NCBI GenBank assembly: GCA_051874735.1
Contig: JBJEGD010000035.1
Location: forward strand, 1 to 64,000
Length of the DNA stretch: 64,000 nt
Source: Candidatus Bruticola sp.
GTDB taxonomy: Bacteria; Vulcanimicrobiota; Xenobia; Xenobiales; Xenobiaceae
Direction: 5' to 3'
Numbering within the stretch: the stretch's first letter is position 1; each line of letters opens with the position of its first letter. The notes under the pieces were generated by a model, which saw only the letters and a list, made by a program, of their open reading frames with translations, was not told the DNA's origin and made no database searches. Position numbers and translations under genes: made by a program. Positions 29,917-39,715 of the stretch are shown here, piece after piece.

Positions 29917-30663
29917 TCAAGACTGAGGAAAAGGCGTATAGGGAATGCGTTTATGCTGAGGACGATTTTTTATATAAAAAACAAAGAGCGACGCCAAATG
30001 TTTTAGATAGTTGACAATTTCGCTACCATTAAATTTGCTTTTCCCGGCCAGTCTATCTTCAAACGTAAAGGGAACCTCAGTAATAGTTTGGTAATTTCCC
30101 TTAACCATAACCTCTAAGTTTATTTTAAAGCCTATCGGATTAAGGTTTACTCCTTCAATAACCTGGCGCCGCATGAGCATATAGCCGCTAGTTACATCGT
30201 TAGCTGGACATATAAGGCGTCCTAAAGCGGCCGCCGTAAGCGAAGTAATAACTCTGTACCAAGGCCAATTCCGCACTCCGCCTCCCTTAATGTAGCGGCT
30301 GCCCAGAGCTATGTCGGCTCCTCCGTTGTTAATTGAATAAACCATGTGGGGCAGTATGCTGGGGTCATGCGATAAGTCGGAGTCGATAACTCCTAGAATT
30401 TGGCCCTTTCCTGCTTGCCACCCAGCTATAACCGCTGAAGAGAGTCCCAGTTTGCCACTCCTTTTTATGACATGGATGCGGTTTTGATATCGGTCGTTTA
30501 AGGCAAGTGCCAAATCGCCTGTGCCATCGGGAGAGTTGTCGTCAACAACAATCAACTCTCCGCTAATTTGGCTCTGGTCTAAAATATCGAATACTCTTTC
30601 TGCTAAAACTGGCAGAGTCTCTTTTTCATTATAAGTTGGAACAATAAGTGATAATTGGATCAT
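29917..30663 (-). CDS. Polyprenol monophosphomannose synthase-like GT2 glycosyltransferase
   Basis: IVPTYNE, VVDDNSPDGT, KLGLSSA, DSDLSH, GSRY, FEDRLAGKSK. Confidence 0.9.
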   Translation of the reverse strand: MIQLSLIVPTYNEKETLPVLAERVFDILDQSQISGELIVVDDNSPDGTGDLALALNDRYQNRIHVIKRSGKLGLSSAVIAGWQAGKGQILGVIDSDLSHDPSILPHMVYSINNGGADIALGSRYIKGGGVRNWPWYRVITSLTAAALGRLICPANDVTSGYMLMRRQVIEGVNLNPIGFKINLEVMVKGNYQTITEVPFTFEDRLAGKSKFNGSEIVNYLKHLASLFVFYIKNRPQHKRIPYTPFPQS

Positions 30664-30665
30664 AT

Positions 30666-31118
30666 TCAGAAGCGTATAACCTTTTCAGACTTTAAGCAAA
30701 TTTCTAAGATCAGGCGGGTAGAGACCTGATGACCTACTTTTATTTTTTCGCTTAAAGATAATTTCTGCGCTGAATGCTCGCAGATGCGCAGAGAACATCC
30801 TCTCTTTTGCAGTAGCTGCAGTACGGGTAGAACTTTCGAATTTTCAGTGCATAAACGCACCGCTTCGTGCATAAAAATAAGGTATCTGGGCAGTTCAGGT
30901 AGACTGTTTAAACCCAAAATTATGTTGTTGAGCAGTTCTTCGCCTAAGCTATCCGGAGAACCGATATAAGTTTGTGATATAAGTAGGGCGCCACGAAATT
31001 TGGGCGCTTCATCGTTAGCAGATTGAGAATATTCAGCAAATGGGCGGCTGCTGCGCAGGGCCCCCAAATAATATTGGAGATCTTTTTCTTCGAAGCGCGG
31101 AGATGTAGTAAGACTCAC
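30666..31118 (-). CDS. DsrE-fold protein resembling the C-terminal domain of selenium metabolism protein YedF
   Basis: LG..LL...L..L...P..LIF...AV.L...S..L..L..L...G..L.IC...KVG pattern. Confidence 0.6.
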   Translation of the reverse strand: MSLTTSPRFEEKDLQYYLGALRSSRPFAEYSQSANDEAPKFRGALLISQTYIGSPDSLGEELLNNIILGLNSLPELPRYLIFMHEAVRLCTENSKVLPVLQLLQKRGCSLRICEHSAQKLSLSEKIKVGHQVSTRLILEICLKSEKVIRF

Positions 31119-31484
31119 TTTATTCCTTCACCCCTGGGATTTCTTGCTGCTGCTGCCGTGCTTTCAAGTAAAAAGGCTTTCCCCCTTTTATACACTTTAA
31201 TTGAGTTTAAAACTAGTAGTTCACTGTAGCTGACAGCTTGTCAAGCGACTGCAGGAATAGGCGGCATAAGCTAGAATGCGCAGAAAAGCGATGCGGTTCA
31301 GCAGCAAAAGGAGGCTGTGCGGGCGATCTGGTTATCAGACTTATATATTGTTTTTTACTTCTAAATATGCCCGCCGGGAGGAAGCAGTTCTTGTGTTTTT
31401 GCGGTCTGAAATAGGCTCTCGGACTGAGACTGTAAGCAAATAGTAGAGGGCCGCCGCTTATATTTTCAATTTAGGCTGGCCCGG

Positions 31485-32765
31485 ATGAATACATTTACGA
31501 GTAGTGCTGAAATCAAAAGTAGACTAAAGCGCTTGATCGGCGGTTTCCGCTGGCGTTCTGTGGTTATGGTAACTGCGGTTTATCTTTTCTCTTTCAGTAT
31601 AGTCGCCAGCTCTGTTATTTACTTTGCTAAAATTAAGGGAGAGGAAAAAATTGCCGCTGCTTTAGTGCAGTGTATTAAAGCTTTTGGGTTTGTGGCCACC
31701 CGCGATTTCGATGCCTCTGTCGGACAGGCAGAATCTGTAGCCGCGGATGCTCGTTTCGATCGCTATAGAAATAAACCTAATCTCCAGCAAAGTTTTAATC
31801 AATTATCCGATCAAGATTTACGAAAACTTAGCAGCGAATGCACAACTGAGCTAGCTAATTTATCTAAAGATGCCGCAGCTATTGTCGACGCCAACGGCAA
31901 AGTTTGTTTTTTTGTTGAACGTCCGGCTATTAAAGAAAAAAACTTGATTAGCCCTGCTGAAGCTGACTTTAGTAAAGAAGAAGCTGACAAGAAAGACGGG
32001 ACAGAAGATCTTATAGTTCCCAAACACTTGGATAAACTAGACGCCGATTTTCTTGAGCCGGTGTTTAAGTTTAATGAGGCCGGTAAGGGTTGTCTGCGCC
32101 TTTACGATTCTCCGTCTGCTCCCTTGTTTAGTGCAGTAGCTGTTCCTTTAACGAAGGGCAAAGATGAAAAAAAGTCAGGAGCTTTAATCTTAGCTGAGCG
32201 TATCGACGACAAAGCCTTAGCTAAGTGGAGCCAAAATATGCTCCCCGGACTGCTGGTTCTGGTTTCGCAGGGAAAGGTTCTTTCTGCTTACGATAAACGT
32301 TCAGGTTCCCGTCCTACTCCTACTATAGCCGCCGAATTGGATAAGATGATAAAATATTGGAATCCGCGCCAAGTTATATATGGAGCGGGCAGCGGTAGTC
32401 CTAAATTTGAAATTACTAGCTCTCGTGTTAAGTTGGCTGGGAAAAATTGGCAGGCTTCTGTAGCAGAATTAGCCAGCGGAAAAAAGCGCGAATCTACGTC
32501 TTATCTTATTTTTTTAGCTGATCCTGCTAATTTAGAACAGGAAATTAGACAACATATTTGGGTTTTAGGTATAAGTTTAGTAGTTACGCTAATTATGCAA
32601 GGAGTGCTAGTCTATTTTCTGAGTCCGCTTTGCCTGCGCTTTGCCAGGGTGCATTTTCAGGCTGGTTCGGCGCATTTGGCTTCCTTAGAGGTTAAATCGC
32701 GGCAAAATATTTCTGCCGACGATGATACTTCTAAAGCGCATGAAGCTAATACAGAAGGAGTCTAA
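31485..32765 (+). CDS. Membrane protein with extracytoplasmic Cache-like sensor domain
   Basis: Two TM segments flanking a region with IVDANGKV and AVAVPL...GALIL; short cytoplasmic tail. Confidence 0.6.
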   Translation: MNTFTSSAEIKSRLKRLIGGFRWRSVVMVTAVYLFSFSIVASSVIYFAKIKGEEKIAAALVQCIKAFGFVATRDFDASVGQAESVAADARFDRYRNKPNLQQSFNQLSDQDLRKLSSECTTELANLSKDAAAIVDANGKVCFFVERPAIKEKNLISPAEADFSKEEADKKDGTEDLIVPKHLDKLDADFLEPVFKFNEAGKGCLRLYDSPSAPLFSAVAVPLTKGKDEKKSGALILAERIDDKALAKWSQNMLPGLLVLVSQGKVLSAYDKRSGSRPTPTIAAELDKMIKYWNPRQVIYGAGSGSPKFEITSSRVKLAGKNWQASVAELASGKKRESTSYLIFLADPANLEQEIRQHIWVLGISLVVTLIMQGVLVYFLSPLCLRFARVHFQAGSAHLASLEVKSRQNISADDDTSKAHEANTEGV

Positions 32766-32819
32766 TTTTTTGGTTTAATTTAAAGTACTACTCTTCCCTG
32801 TTAGTCGTCTGCATAGCTT

Positions 32820-32847
32820 AAGGCCCGGATTATGCCAGGCCTTTTTT
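32820..32847 (+). terminator. Intrinsic terminator
   Basis: aaggcc...ggcctttttt. Confidence 0.55.
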
Positions 32848-32921
32848 ATTGAATAGATTGTCTGGTGGTCTCTTGTAAACTTGGGCAGTACCAGATGTTA
32901 AGAAAATGAAAGGCTTTTGCC

Positions 32922-33752
32922 ATGAAAAGTGCTAAAATACGCCTAGATTTGTTGCTGGTTGAGAGAGCCTTGGCTCCTACTAGAGAAAAGGCTAAATCTC
33001 TATTGATGACTGGCCAAATTTTTATTAATGGAGTTCGTCGCGATAAAGCTGGTTATTTAGTTGATGAAAATGCTGAAATTACTGTGCAAGGACGCGGCTT
33101 GCCTTTTTCCAGTCGAGGCGGTTTCAAGCTCGAAAAAGCCCTACAGACTTTTTCTATATCACCCGAAGGGTTAGTTGTAGCCGATTTAGGGGCTTCTACG
33201 GGTGGTTTTACTGATTGTCTGTTGAAGGGGGGTGTCGCTAAAGTTTATGCTGTCGATGTCGGCAAAGGTCTGCTAGATTATAAACTGGTTCAGGATAGCC
33301 GAGTAGTAGTTATGGATCGCACTAACGCTCGCTATCTCACCTCCGATATGTTTGCGGAACCGCTCGATTTGATCACTATGGATCTGTCCTTTATCTCTTT
33401 AGAATTAGTTTTGCCTGCAGCTAAAGAGCTTTTATCAGCTTCCGGTCGTATTGTCTGTTTGATTAAGCCCCAATTTGAAGCTGGTCCTAAGAATATTAAA
33501 GGAGGCGTAGTGCGCCGTCCTGAGGTTCATGAACAGGTTTTGAGCAAATTTACAGCGTTCTGTCAGTTTATAGGACTGCGCATTTTGGATCTTACCTTTT
33601 CACCTATAAAAGGACCAGCTGGCAATATCGAATTTTTAGCTTGTCTGGCTAAGAGCGGCCAGGAAAATATTTCCGGTGAGCCAAAACAAGATGAACAGCC
33701 ATTGTTTGATATCAAAGAATTAGTGGCTCTGGCTTGGAGAGAAGCCAAGTAG
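32922..33752 (+). CDS. tlyA: TlyA-family rRNA 2'-O-methyltransferase
   Basis: S4 domain RLDLLL...TREKA, SRGGFKL, DLGASTGGFTD, DLSFISL, LIKPQFEA, SPIKGPAGNIEF. Confidence 0.95.
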   Translation: MKSAKIRLDLLLVERALAPTREKAKSLLMTGQIFINGVRRDKAGYLVDENAEITVQGRGLPFSSRGGFKLEKALQTFSISPEGLVVADLGASTGGFTDCLLKGGVAKVYAVDVGKGLLDYKLVQDSRVVVMDRTNARYLTSDMFAEPLDLITMDLSFISLELVLPAAKELLSASGRIVCLIKPQFEAGPKNIKGGVVRRPEVHEQVLSKFTAFCQFIGLRILDLTFSPIKGPAGNIEFLACLAKSGQENISGEPKQDEQPLFDIKELVALAWREAK

Positions 33753-33789
33753 TCCAGGGGCAATCTTATCCAGCGAGGAGAGGCTTAAT

Positions 33790-34995
33790 TTGAGCAAGGA
33801 ATCGAAAATAGGGGCAGTGCTTGTACTGTTAGTAATTTTGCTTTTTATCTTTGCGCCTAGCAGCGAAACTCGAGATAGCAGCATTTTTTCTAACAATTAT
33901 ACGCTTATTTTCAATGAAACTCCGGGCTTGGAACTTAATTATGATGTAAAAATGGCCGGTGTGGATATCGGTTATGTCAAAGAAATAGATTTTTGTACTG
34001 ATGAAGAACGCAAGCTGTTTGGCGATGATGCGCATATTGCCGTTACTATCGCTACCGATTTCACTGTCAAAATTCCGGAAGATAGTTCTGCCAATATTTT
34101 AGAAGTTTCAAGCAGTTTGCTGTGGCTAGAAATTAGTCCGGGTTTATCTGAAAAGTGTTTGGAAAACGGTAGTCGTGTACGCTTACGTTCTTCTCCCGTT
34201 TCTTCGTACAGCGGTTCTATGTCTGGATCTCCTTTTAGTGAGCTCAATGAGAAGACTTTAGATTTGCGTCGTATGATGACGTCTGGTGATTTCTCGCGCA
34301 AAATTTTAGATTTAGCTTCCAATATGCGCTTTTTCAGCAATGAATTGCGTTTAGTCAGCAAGGGAGCACACCACCAGATGGAATCAATCCACACTAAGCT
34401 CGATGCTGAAGAACAAGCTATAGCTATGCAGTTAGATCGCCTAGATAAGCAGCTCAGTCAGGCGGGAGCAAGCTTACAGAAGGCGTCTTCGTCGTTTAAG
34501 GAGCAGAGCCGTCTACTCAACAGTCGGGTAGGCCAGTACGATCAGCAGTTGCGCCGCTTAAGTGAAGTCGCTCTGCAGGAGACGGAACGCTTTAAAATTT
34601 TAAGTCAGCAGGCTGAAACTAAAATGACTGACAAGTGTTCGCCTGAATTGACGGAACGTTTGCATAAAGCTTCACGCAAATTAGATAGCTACGCTCAGAT
34701 AGCAGAAGACCTTCGCTATATTATTCAGGAACCTTCTACACAACAGGCTTTAAAGGATACTGCTCATAATTACCGTCTGCAGTCTGCGCAAATTGAAAAA
34801 TTATTGCGTAAAATTGATAATTTTGTGCCCGGTTCAGATGATACGTCCGATTCCTCAAAAGGTAGCTATTTTGAGAAGGCGCCTGCCGCATCAGAGGGAG
34901 GCTCGACTCTTTCCGCAGGAGAATCGACGCCTTCTGTCGGCGAACCGCAGGAAGTGCGTCCCTCGCCAGTTATTTCTGATCAGACTAGTTTATAA
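33790..34995 (+). CDS. MCE/MlaD family protein with long coiled-coil C-terminus
   Basis: N-terminal TM; FNETPGL...VKMAGVDIGYV...IPEDS...LEISPG MCE signature. Confidence 0.8.
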   Translation: MSKESKIGAVLVLLVILLFIFAPSSETRDSSIFSNNYTLIFNETPGLELNYDVKMAGVDIGYVKEIDFCTDEERKLFGDDAHIAVTIATDFTVKIPEDSSANILEVSSSLLWLEISPGLSEKCLENGSRVRLRSSPVSSYSGSMSGSPFSELNEKTLDLRRMMTSGDFSRKILDLASNMRFFSNELRLVSKGAHHQMESIHTKLDAEEQAIAMQLDRLDKQLSQAGASLQKASSSFKEQSRLLNSRVGQYDQQLRRLSEVALQETERFKILSQQAETKMTDKCSPELTERLHKASRKLDSYAQIAEDLRYIIQEPSTQQALKDTAHNYRLQSAQIEKLLRKIDNFVPGSDDTSDSSKGSYFEKAPAASEGGSTLSAGESTPSVGEPQEVRPSPVISDQTSL

Positions 34996-35018
34996 CATTC
35001 TATTTTAATATCTATCTA

Positions 35019-35066
35019 AAAAAGCCCCTGCCTCTAAGATTATATCTTAAAGGCAAGGGGCTTTTT
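35019..35066. terminator. Bidirectional terminator
   Basis: aaaaagcccctgcc-tctaagat...atcttaa-aggcaaggggcttttt between convergent genes. Confidence 0.85.
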
Positions 35067-35084
35067 ACTAGTGAGTACTAGATT

Positions 35085-36977
35085 TTATTTTTGAGCTTCA
35101 AGCAGAGCTTGATTTACTGCGGCTGCTTCCTGCAGATCGCAGACTAAATGGAACTTGCCTTGAGACAAGCTCATCAGATTAAAGCCCTGAGCTACAACCA
35201 AATCTGGATCTATTTTGGATACATCTTTGGCTTGGAAAACGACTCTGGTTAAAGAAGTCAGATGGATATTATCTAAATTATCTACTCCTCCAACTAGAGA
35301 AGCAAACTTGGCTGCTTTTTGGCGTATCTCTTCGCTGACTTCTACGGGAACATCGACAGTTGGGGCGGTAGGAGCTGAAGTAGGCAGCGCGGTTAAACTA
35401 TCTGAACCGCCGCTTTTAATATATTCTTCAATATCCGACTTTAAGTTCTCGGATAAAGTACCGAAAATAGCTTGCAGGTTATTACCTACTACCACTACTC
35501 CGGCCGCTCCTAAGGTTTTTAAAGCTTCAGGTTTTGCGGCATTTATGTCTTTTAAACCGACGCGAAGTCTGGTAATACAGGCGTCTAAACTTACTAAATT
35601 GGCTTGTCCTCCTAGGGCTTGGAGTACTTGGGCCGCTAGCGGAGTGCTGCCTCCGTTGGCGGCTGTATCTTGAACTTGATCTTCGCGGCCGGGAGTTTTG
35701 AAGTTGAAAAATTCAATCGCCTTACGGAAAACAATGTAGTAAATTAAAGCGTAAATCGGTCCCAGCCAGAGAACGCAACTGGGGTTAGTATCGTTGTGGA
35801 AGTAGAGCAAGTAATCAATACAGCCTTGAGAGAAGGTAAAGCCCATGTGGGCGCCTACAGCGTTCATCACATAAAAAGCTGTGCCTACTAATACCGCATG
35901 TATGGCGTATAAAGCCGGAGCTACGAACAGAAAAGAAAATTCAATAGGCTCAGTAATACCTGTCAGAAAAGAAGTCAAAGCGGCTGACATCATAATACCG
36001 CCTACTTGAACCTTATTTTCGGGTTTAGCACTGTGCCAGATGGCTATAGCTGCCGCTGGCAGTCCCCACATTTTGAAGAGGAAACCGCCACCTAAAATTC
36101 CTGCTGTCGGATCACCGTTAAAGAAGCGGGTAATATCACCCTGGACAATGTTGCCATCGGGGGTTGTGAAGCTTCCCATTTGGAAGAAGAAAGGAGCGTT
36201 CCAAGCGTGATGCAGACCAAAGGGGAGTAGCGATCTTTCAACTATGCCGTAAATTGTGGCTGCCAGCGAAGGATTTTCATTGGCCGCCCAGTTTCCAGCC
36301 ATCGTAATAAAAGCGCCTATCGGAGGCCATATAAAGCTGAGTGCAATACCAGTTAAAATAGCGGCAAAAGCTGTGACGATGGGTACAAAACGTTTGCCAG
36401 CAAAGAAACCTAAATAGGGAGGCAATGAAATACGGTAATATTTGTTGAACAGATAGGCCGTAATAATGCCGATGACAATACCGCCAAAAACGCCGGTATC
36501 AACACTTTTTATGCCCATTATCGAAGAGGTCGTCAGTACTGATTCTTGGCTGAGCAGTCCTCCGCAGTCAGGGCAGTATTTTAAAATGTCGAGACCTCGA
36601 ATCGTGGCCATAACACCCATAGTGGCGTTCATAACCATATAGCCTACAACAGCTGCCAAAGCAGAAACACCGTCGTTTTTAGTAAGTCCTAAAGCTACGC
36701 CAATAGCGAAAATTAAGGGTAGATTACTAAAAATGACCTGGCCTGACTCGCCCATAATTTTCAATAGGGCCACAGCTAAGGCCATAATCGTAGGCCAGCC
36801 TTGGGTGAAAATATTGACGCCGCTCTTTAACACTACATCTAAGTTGTTCGGCATCCATCCGTATTTGGAGGCGCCTATGCCGAGTAGAATACCGGCTACC
36901 GGCAGCACGGCTACCGGTAGCATCAGGGCTTTGCCGATTTGCTGCATTACGCCGAAAGCTTGTTTAAAAAAATTCAC
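35085..36977 (-). CDS. ptsG: PTS glucose/GlcNAc-family EIICB with a second degenerate EIIB
   Basis: QQIGKALMLPVAVLP, FFAGKRFVP, FGLHH, GITEPIEF, TFS, EIIB DACITRLR; substrate not proven. Confidence 0.85.
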   Translation of the reverse strand: MNFFKQAFGVMQQIGKALMLPVAVLPVAGILLGIGASKYGWMPNNLDVVLKSGVNIFTQGWPTIMALAVALLKIMGESGQVIFSNLPLIFAIGVALGLTKNDGVSALAAVVGYMVMNATMGVMATIRGLDILKYCPDCGGLLSQESVLTTSSIMGIKSVDTGVFGGIVIGIITAYLFNKYYRISLPPYLGFFAGKRFVPIVTAFAAILTGIALSFIWPPIGAFITMAGNWAANENPSLAATIYGIVERSLLPFGLHHAWNAPFFFQMGSFTTPDGNIVQGDITRFFNGDPTAGILGGGFLFKMWGLPAAAIAIWHSAKPENKVQVGGIMMSAALTSFLTGITEPIEFSFLFVAPALYAIHAVLVGTAFYVMNAVGAHMGFTFSQGCIDYLLYFHNDTNPSCVLWLGPIYALIYYIVFRKAIEFFNFKTPGREDQVQDTAANGGSTPLAAQVLQALGGQANLVSLDACITRLRVGLKDINAAKPEALKTLGAAGVVVVGNNLQAIFGTLSENLKSDIEEYIKSGGSDSLTALPTSAPTAPTVDVPVEVSEEIRQKAAKFASLVGGVDNLDNIHLTSLTRVVFQAKDVSKIDPDLVVAQGFNLMSLSQGKFHLVCDLQEAAAVNQALLEAQK

Positions 36978-39541
36978 CGCTCAATATCCTCCTGTAATTT
37001 GCGCACATCTTCCGAGCTTTCACAGGCCAAAGCCTGAGCGGCCAGTTGGCGACACTCTTCCATGCTGACTTGGCGAATTCTATCTTTGATGGCGGGAATG
37101 ACTGGAGCTGCTACACTTAGTTCGTCTGCTCCTAAGCCGACCAGTATGGCCGCTGCTTGCAGATCGCCGGCAATGCCTCCACATATGCCAACCTTGCGGT
37201 TATATTTGTGAGCTCCGTCGGCCGTTATTTTTATGAGACGCAATACGGAGGGATGGAGGCTGTCTGTGAGGCGAGCCAGCTGAGGATGACCTCGATCAAT
37301 AGCCGTGGTGTATTGGGTTAAATCGTTGGTGCCTATAGAGAAGAAGTCTACCTCTTTAGCCAGAGTGTCCGCCATTAGAGCTGCCGCAGGTACTTCAATC
37401 ATAATCCCTAAAGGCACTTTTACTTCTAAATTGCGACATTCTTCGTCAAAAATAGCTCTAGCTTGGCGGTATTCTCCTATAGTTGTCACCATAGGAAGTA
37501 TAATTTGAACTTTAGCAAATCCGGCTGCTCTGAGAATCGCTCTAAATTGAGTGCGCAGCAGATCGGGCCTAAGTAGAGAAACGCGCAGACCTCTCTCTCC
37601 TAAGAATGGATTCGCTTCCTGTTGAATAGGCAGGTAGGGCAACGGTTTGTCACCGCCGACGTCGAGGGTGCGGATTATCAGTGAGGAACTTCCTCCCAAA
37701 ATTTTAGCTGCTTGGCTGTAAATTTCTGCTTGTTCATCTTCAGTGGGCGGAGTTGTGCGGGCTAAGAAGAGAAACTCGCTGCGCAGTAAGCCAACTCCGT
37801 CTGCTCCCATTCTGACCGCTTGTTCTGTATCAGCAACTGAACCTACGTTAGCTGCTACTTCTACACGTCGTCCGTCGGAAGTAACGGCTGGTTCTTGAGC
37901 TTTTGAGAGCAGTACACGCCTATGCTGCTGTTGGAACTTCAGCTTTTCTTTGGCCGTCTCATATTCAGCCTGACTAGGATTGAGCTCTAAAGTTCCTTTA
38001 GTAGCATTTAAAACAGCCTTCGTACCGTTGGCGATGGAAAGGGCATGGGCAGAAATTCCTGCTAAGGCGGGTAAATCTAACGACCTAGCTAAAATAGCGG
38101 CATGTGACGTTGAGCCACCCAGTACTGTGCAGAAACCTACTACTTTTGAGCGATCTAGAGCTGCGGTGTCAGAAGGGGTCAGATCTTCAGCTATAAGTAT
38201 GGTATTTTCTGGGAAATTATGAACAATTTGAGACTTACCGGCGAGGAAGCGCAGCACTCTTTCACCTATATCGCGCAAGTCTACAGCTCTGGCTGCCATT
38301 AACTGGTGGCTGAGCTGGGCCAAACGTTCGGCCTGGCTAGTGTAAGCTTGCTTCCAGCTGTAGGCGGCACTTTTCCCTTTATTAATGCCGGCTTCAGCTT
38401 GCTCTATTAGATCGGGGTCGTTGAGTAACTCACGATGAGCGGCAAAAATAGCTGCCTTGTTAGGATCGGCCTTAGCTTTCAAGCCGGCTTCTAACTGCTC
38501 AAGTTCAAAATGGCTGCGCTTGATAGCTTCGTGTAGTTTCTCTAGCTCTTTTTGGGGGCCTTGCCCTTCTTCCGGAACCTCATATTCAGCCCGGAGCATT
38601 TGATAAATTTGACCTACGGCCAAACCTGGAGAGGCAGAAACGGCGTGCAGTAAGTTTTCTGTATCAGGAGTCCGAGGGTTCGGTTGAGCCGGACTTAAAG
38701 GACCTGGTACAATCATAGGCTGAGCACTTAAATTAAGGCTGCTGGAAACTGAAGTTACGCTAGGGGCACCGGCAGTTTCTCCTAAACCGCTTGAGAGTGC
38801 TTCACTAAGAGCTTTCAGGGCCTCTTGAGCGTCTTCGCCGCAGGCTCGGAAGCGCACCACCTCATTGTGCAACACTTGCAAACTCATAAGAGCTACTACA
38901 CTTTTACAGTTAGCAAACTGTTCGCCCCGGACAAGTTGCAGGTTAGACTTGAATTTTTTAGCCAAAGCCGCTAAGACGGCTGCTGGGCGAGCGTGCAGCC
39001 CTTGTGGATTAGGTACTACAATCGGCTCGGACATTTGACTGATGCCGGAAGTTACTTCTTTATCATTCTCTTTTACGGCTAGGACAGCACTGAGAATTTG
39101 ATCTTGTCCCGCTCTTTTAGCACCGCCGCTGACTTGTAGACTAGCGATTGCCTCTGTATTGGTGATCAGCATTAAAGTTATTAAACTGCGTGCTTTTTCT
39201 GCAATAAGGGCGGCATCGAAAGCGATTAATTCCTGTCCTTTCTCTACAGAATCACCTATTTTTACTTTAGGAGTGAAGCCTTCGCTCTTTAGAGCTACAG
39301 TATCTAGACCGATATGCATCAGTATTTCTAAACCTGAGGGAGTTTCTAAAGTAAGAGCGTGGCAAGAAGGGTGGATCTGCTTGACTACTCCGGAGCAGGG
39401 AGCCAGCAAAATTTCTGAAGTTGGGTCTATAGCTACGCCATCGCCTACCATCTTCCCGGCAAAGACCGGATCCGGCACACGATCGAGCTCTATAGTTCGT
39501 CCCGAAAGAGGGGCATATAAAGCAATGGCATGATTGCTCAC
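36974..39541 (-). CDS. ptsP: Multiphosphoryl transfer protein EIIA-HPr-EI
   Basis: EIIA VPDPVF...HIGLDTV; HPr GLHARPA; EI TSHAAILARS, GLLRSEF, IRTLDVGGDK, NPFLGERG, SIGTNDLTQY. Confidence 0.93.
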   Translation of the reverse strand: MSNHAIALYAPLSGRTIELDRVPDPVFAGKMVGDGVAIDPTSEILLAPCSGVVKQIHPSCHALTLETPSGLEILMHIGLDTVALKSEGFTPKVKIGDSVEKGQELIAFDAALIAEKARSLITLMLITNTEAIASLQVSGGAKRAGQDQILSAVLAVKENDKEVTSGISQMSEPIVVPNPQGLHARPAAVLAALAKKFKSNLQLVRGEQFANCKSVVALMSLQVLHNEVVRFRACGEDAQEALKALSEALSSGLGETAGAPSVTSVSSSLNLSAQPMIVPGPLSPAQPNPRTPDTENLLHAVSASPGLAVGQIYQMLRAEYEVPEEGQGPQKELEKLHEAIKRSHFELEQLEAGLKAKADPNKAAIFAAHRELLNDPDLIEQAEAGINKGKSAAYSWKQAYTSQAERLAQLSHQLMAARAVDLRDIGERVLRFLAGKSQIVHNFPENTILIAEDLTPSDTAALDRSKVVGFCTVLGGSTSHAAILARSLDLPALAGISAHALSIANGTKAVLNATKGTLELNPSQAEYETAKEKLKFQQQHRRVLLSKAQEPAVTSDGRRVEVAANVGSVADTEQAVRMGADGVGLLRSEFLFLARTTPPTEDEQAEIYSQAAKILGGSSSLIIRTLDVGGDKPLPYLPIQQEANPFLGERGLRVSLLRPDLLRTQFRAILRAAGFAKVQIILPMVTTIGEYRQARAIFDEECRNLEVKVPLGIMIEVPAAALMADTLAKEVDFFSIGTNDLTQYTTAIDRGHPQLARLTDSLHPSVLRLIKITADGAHKYNRKVGICGGIAGDLQAAAILVGLGADELSVAAPVIPAIKDRIRQVSMEECRQLAAQALACESSEDVRKLQEDIER

Positions 39542-39715
39542 TTAAAACAGCACACTCCAAAAAAAATCGAAAAGTCCCAGAAAATTCGACATTTTAATTG
39601 GCCTCCCTTTGCTGATTAGCTTTGCCATAATAGTTTGGAGGGAGGCCACCTATACAAGGCGAAAAGTCGCAAACTAACCGTTTTTTTGACGATCGGCGAA
39701 CGGAGCTATCTTTTT

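Noticed and set aside
35215-39560. Antisense ORFs of 67-152 aa over the PTS genes, and similar short shadow ORFs elsewhere in the track
   Set aside because: They overlap well-supported genes and have no independent coding signal
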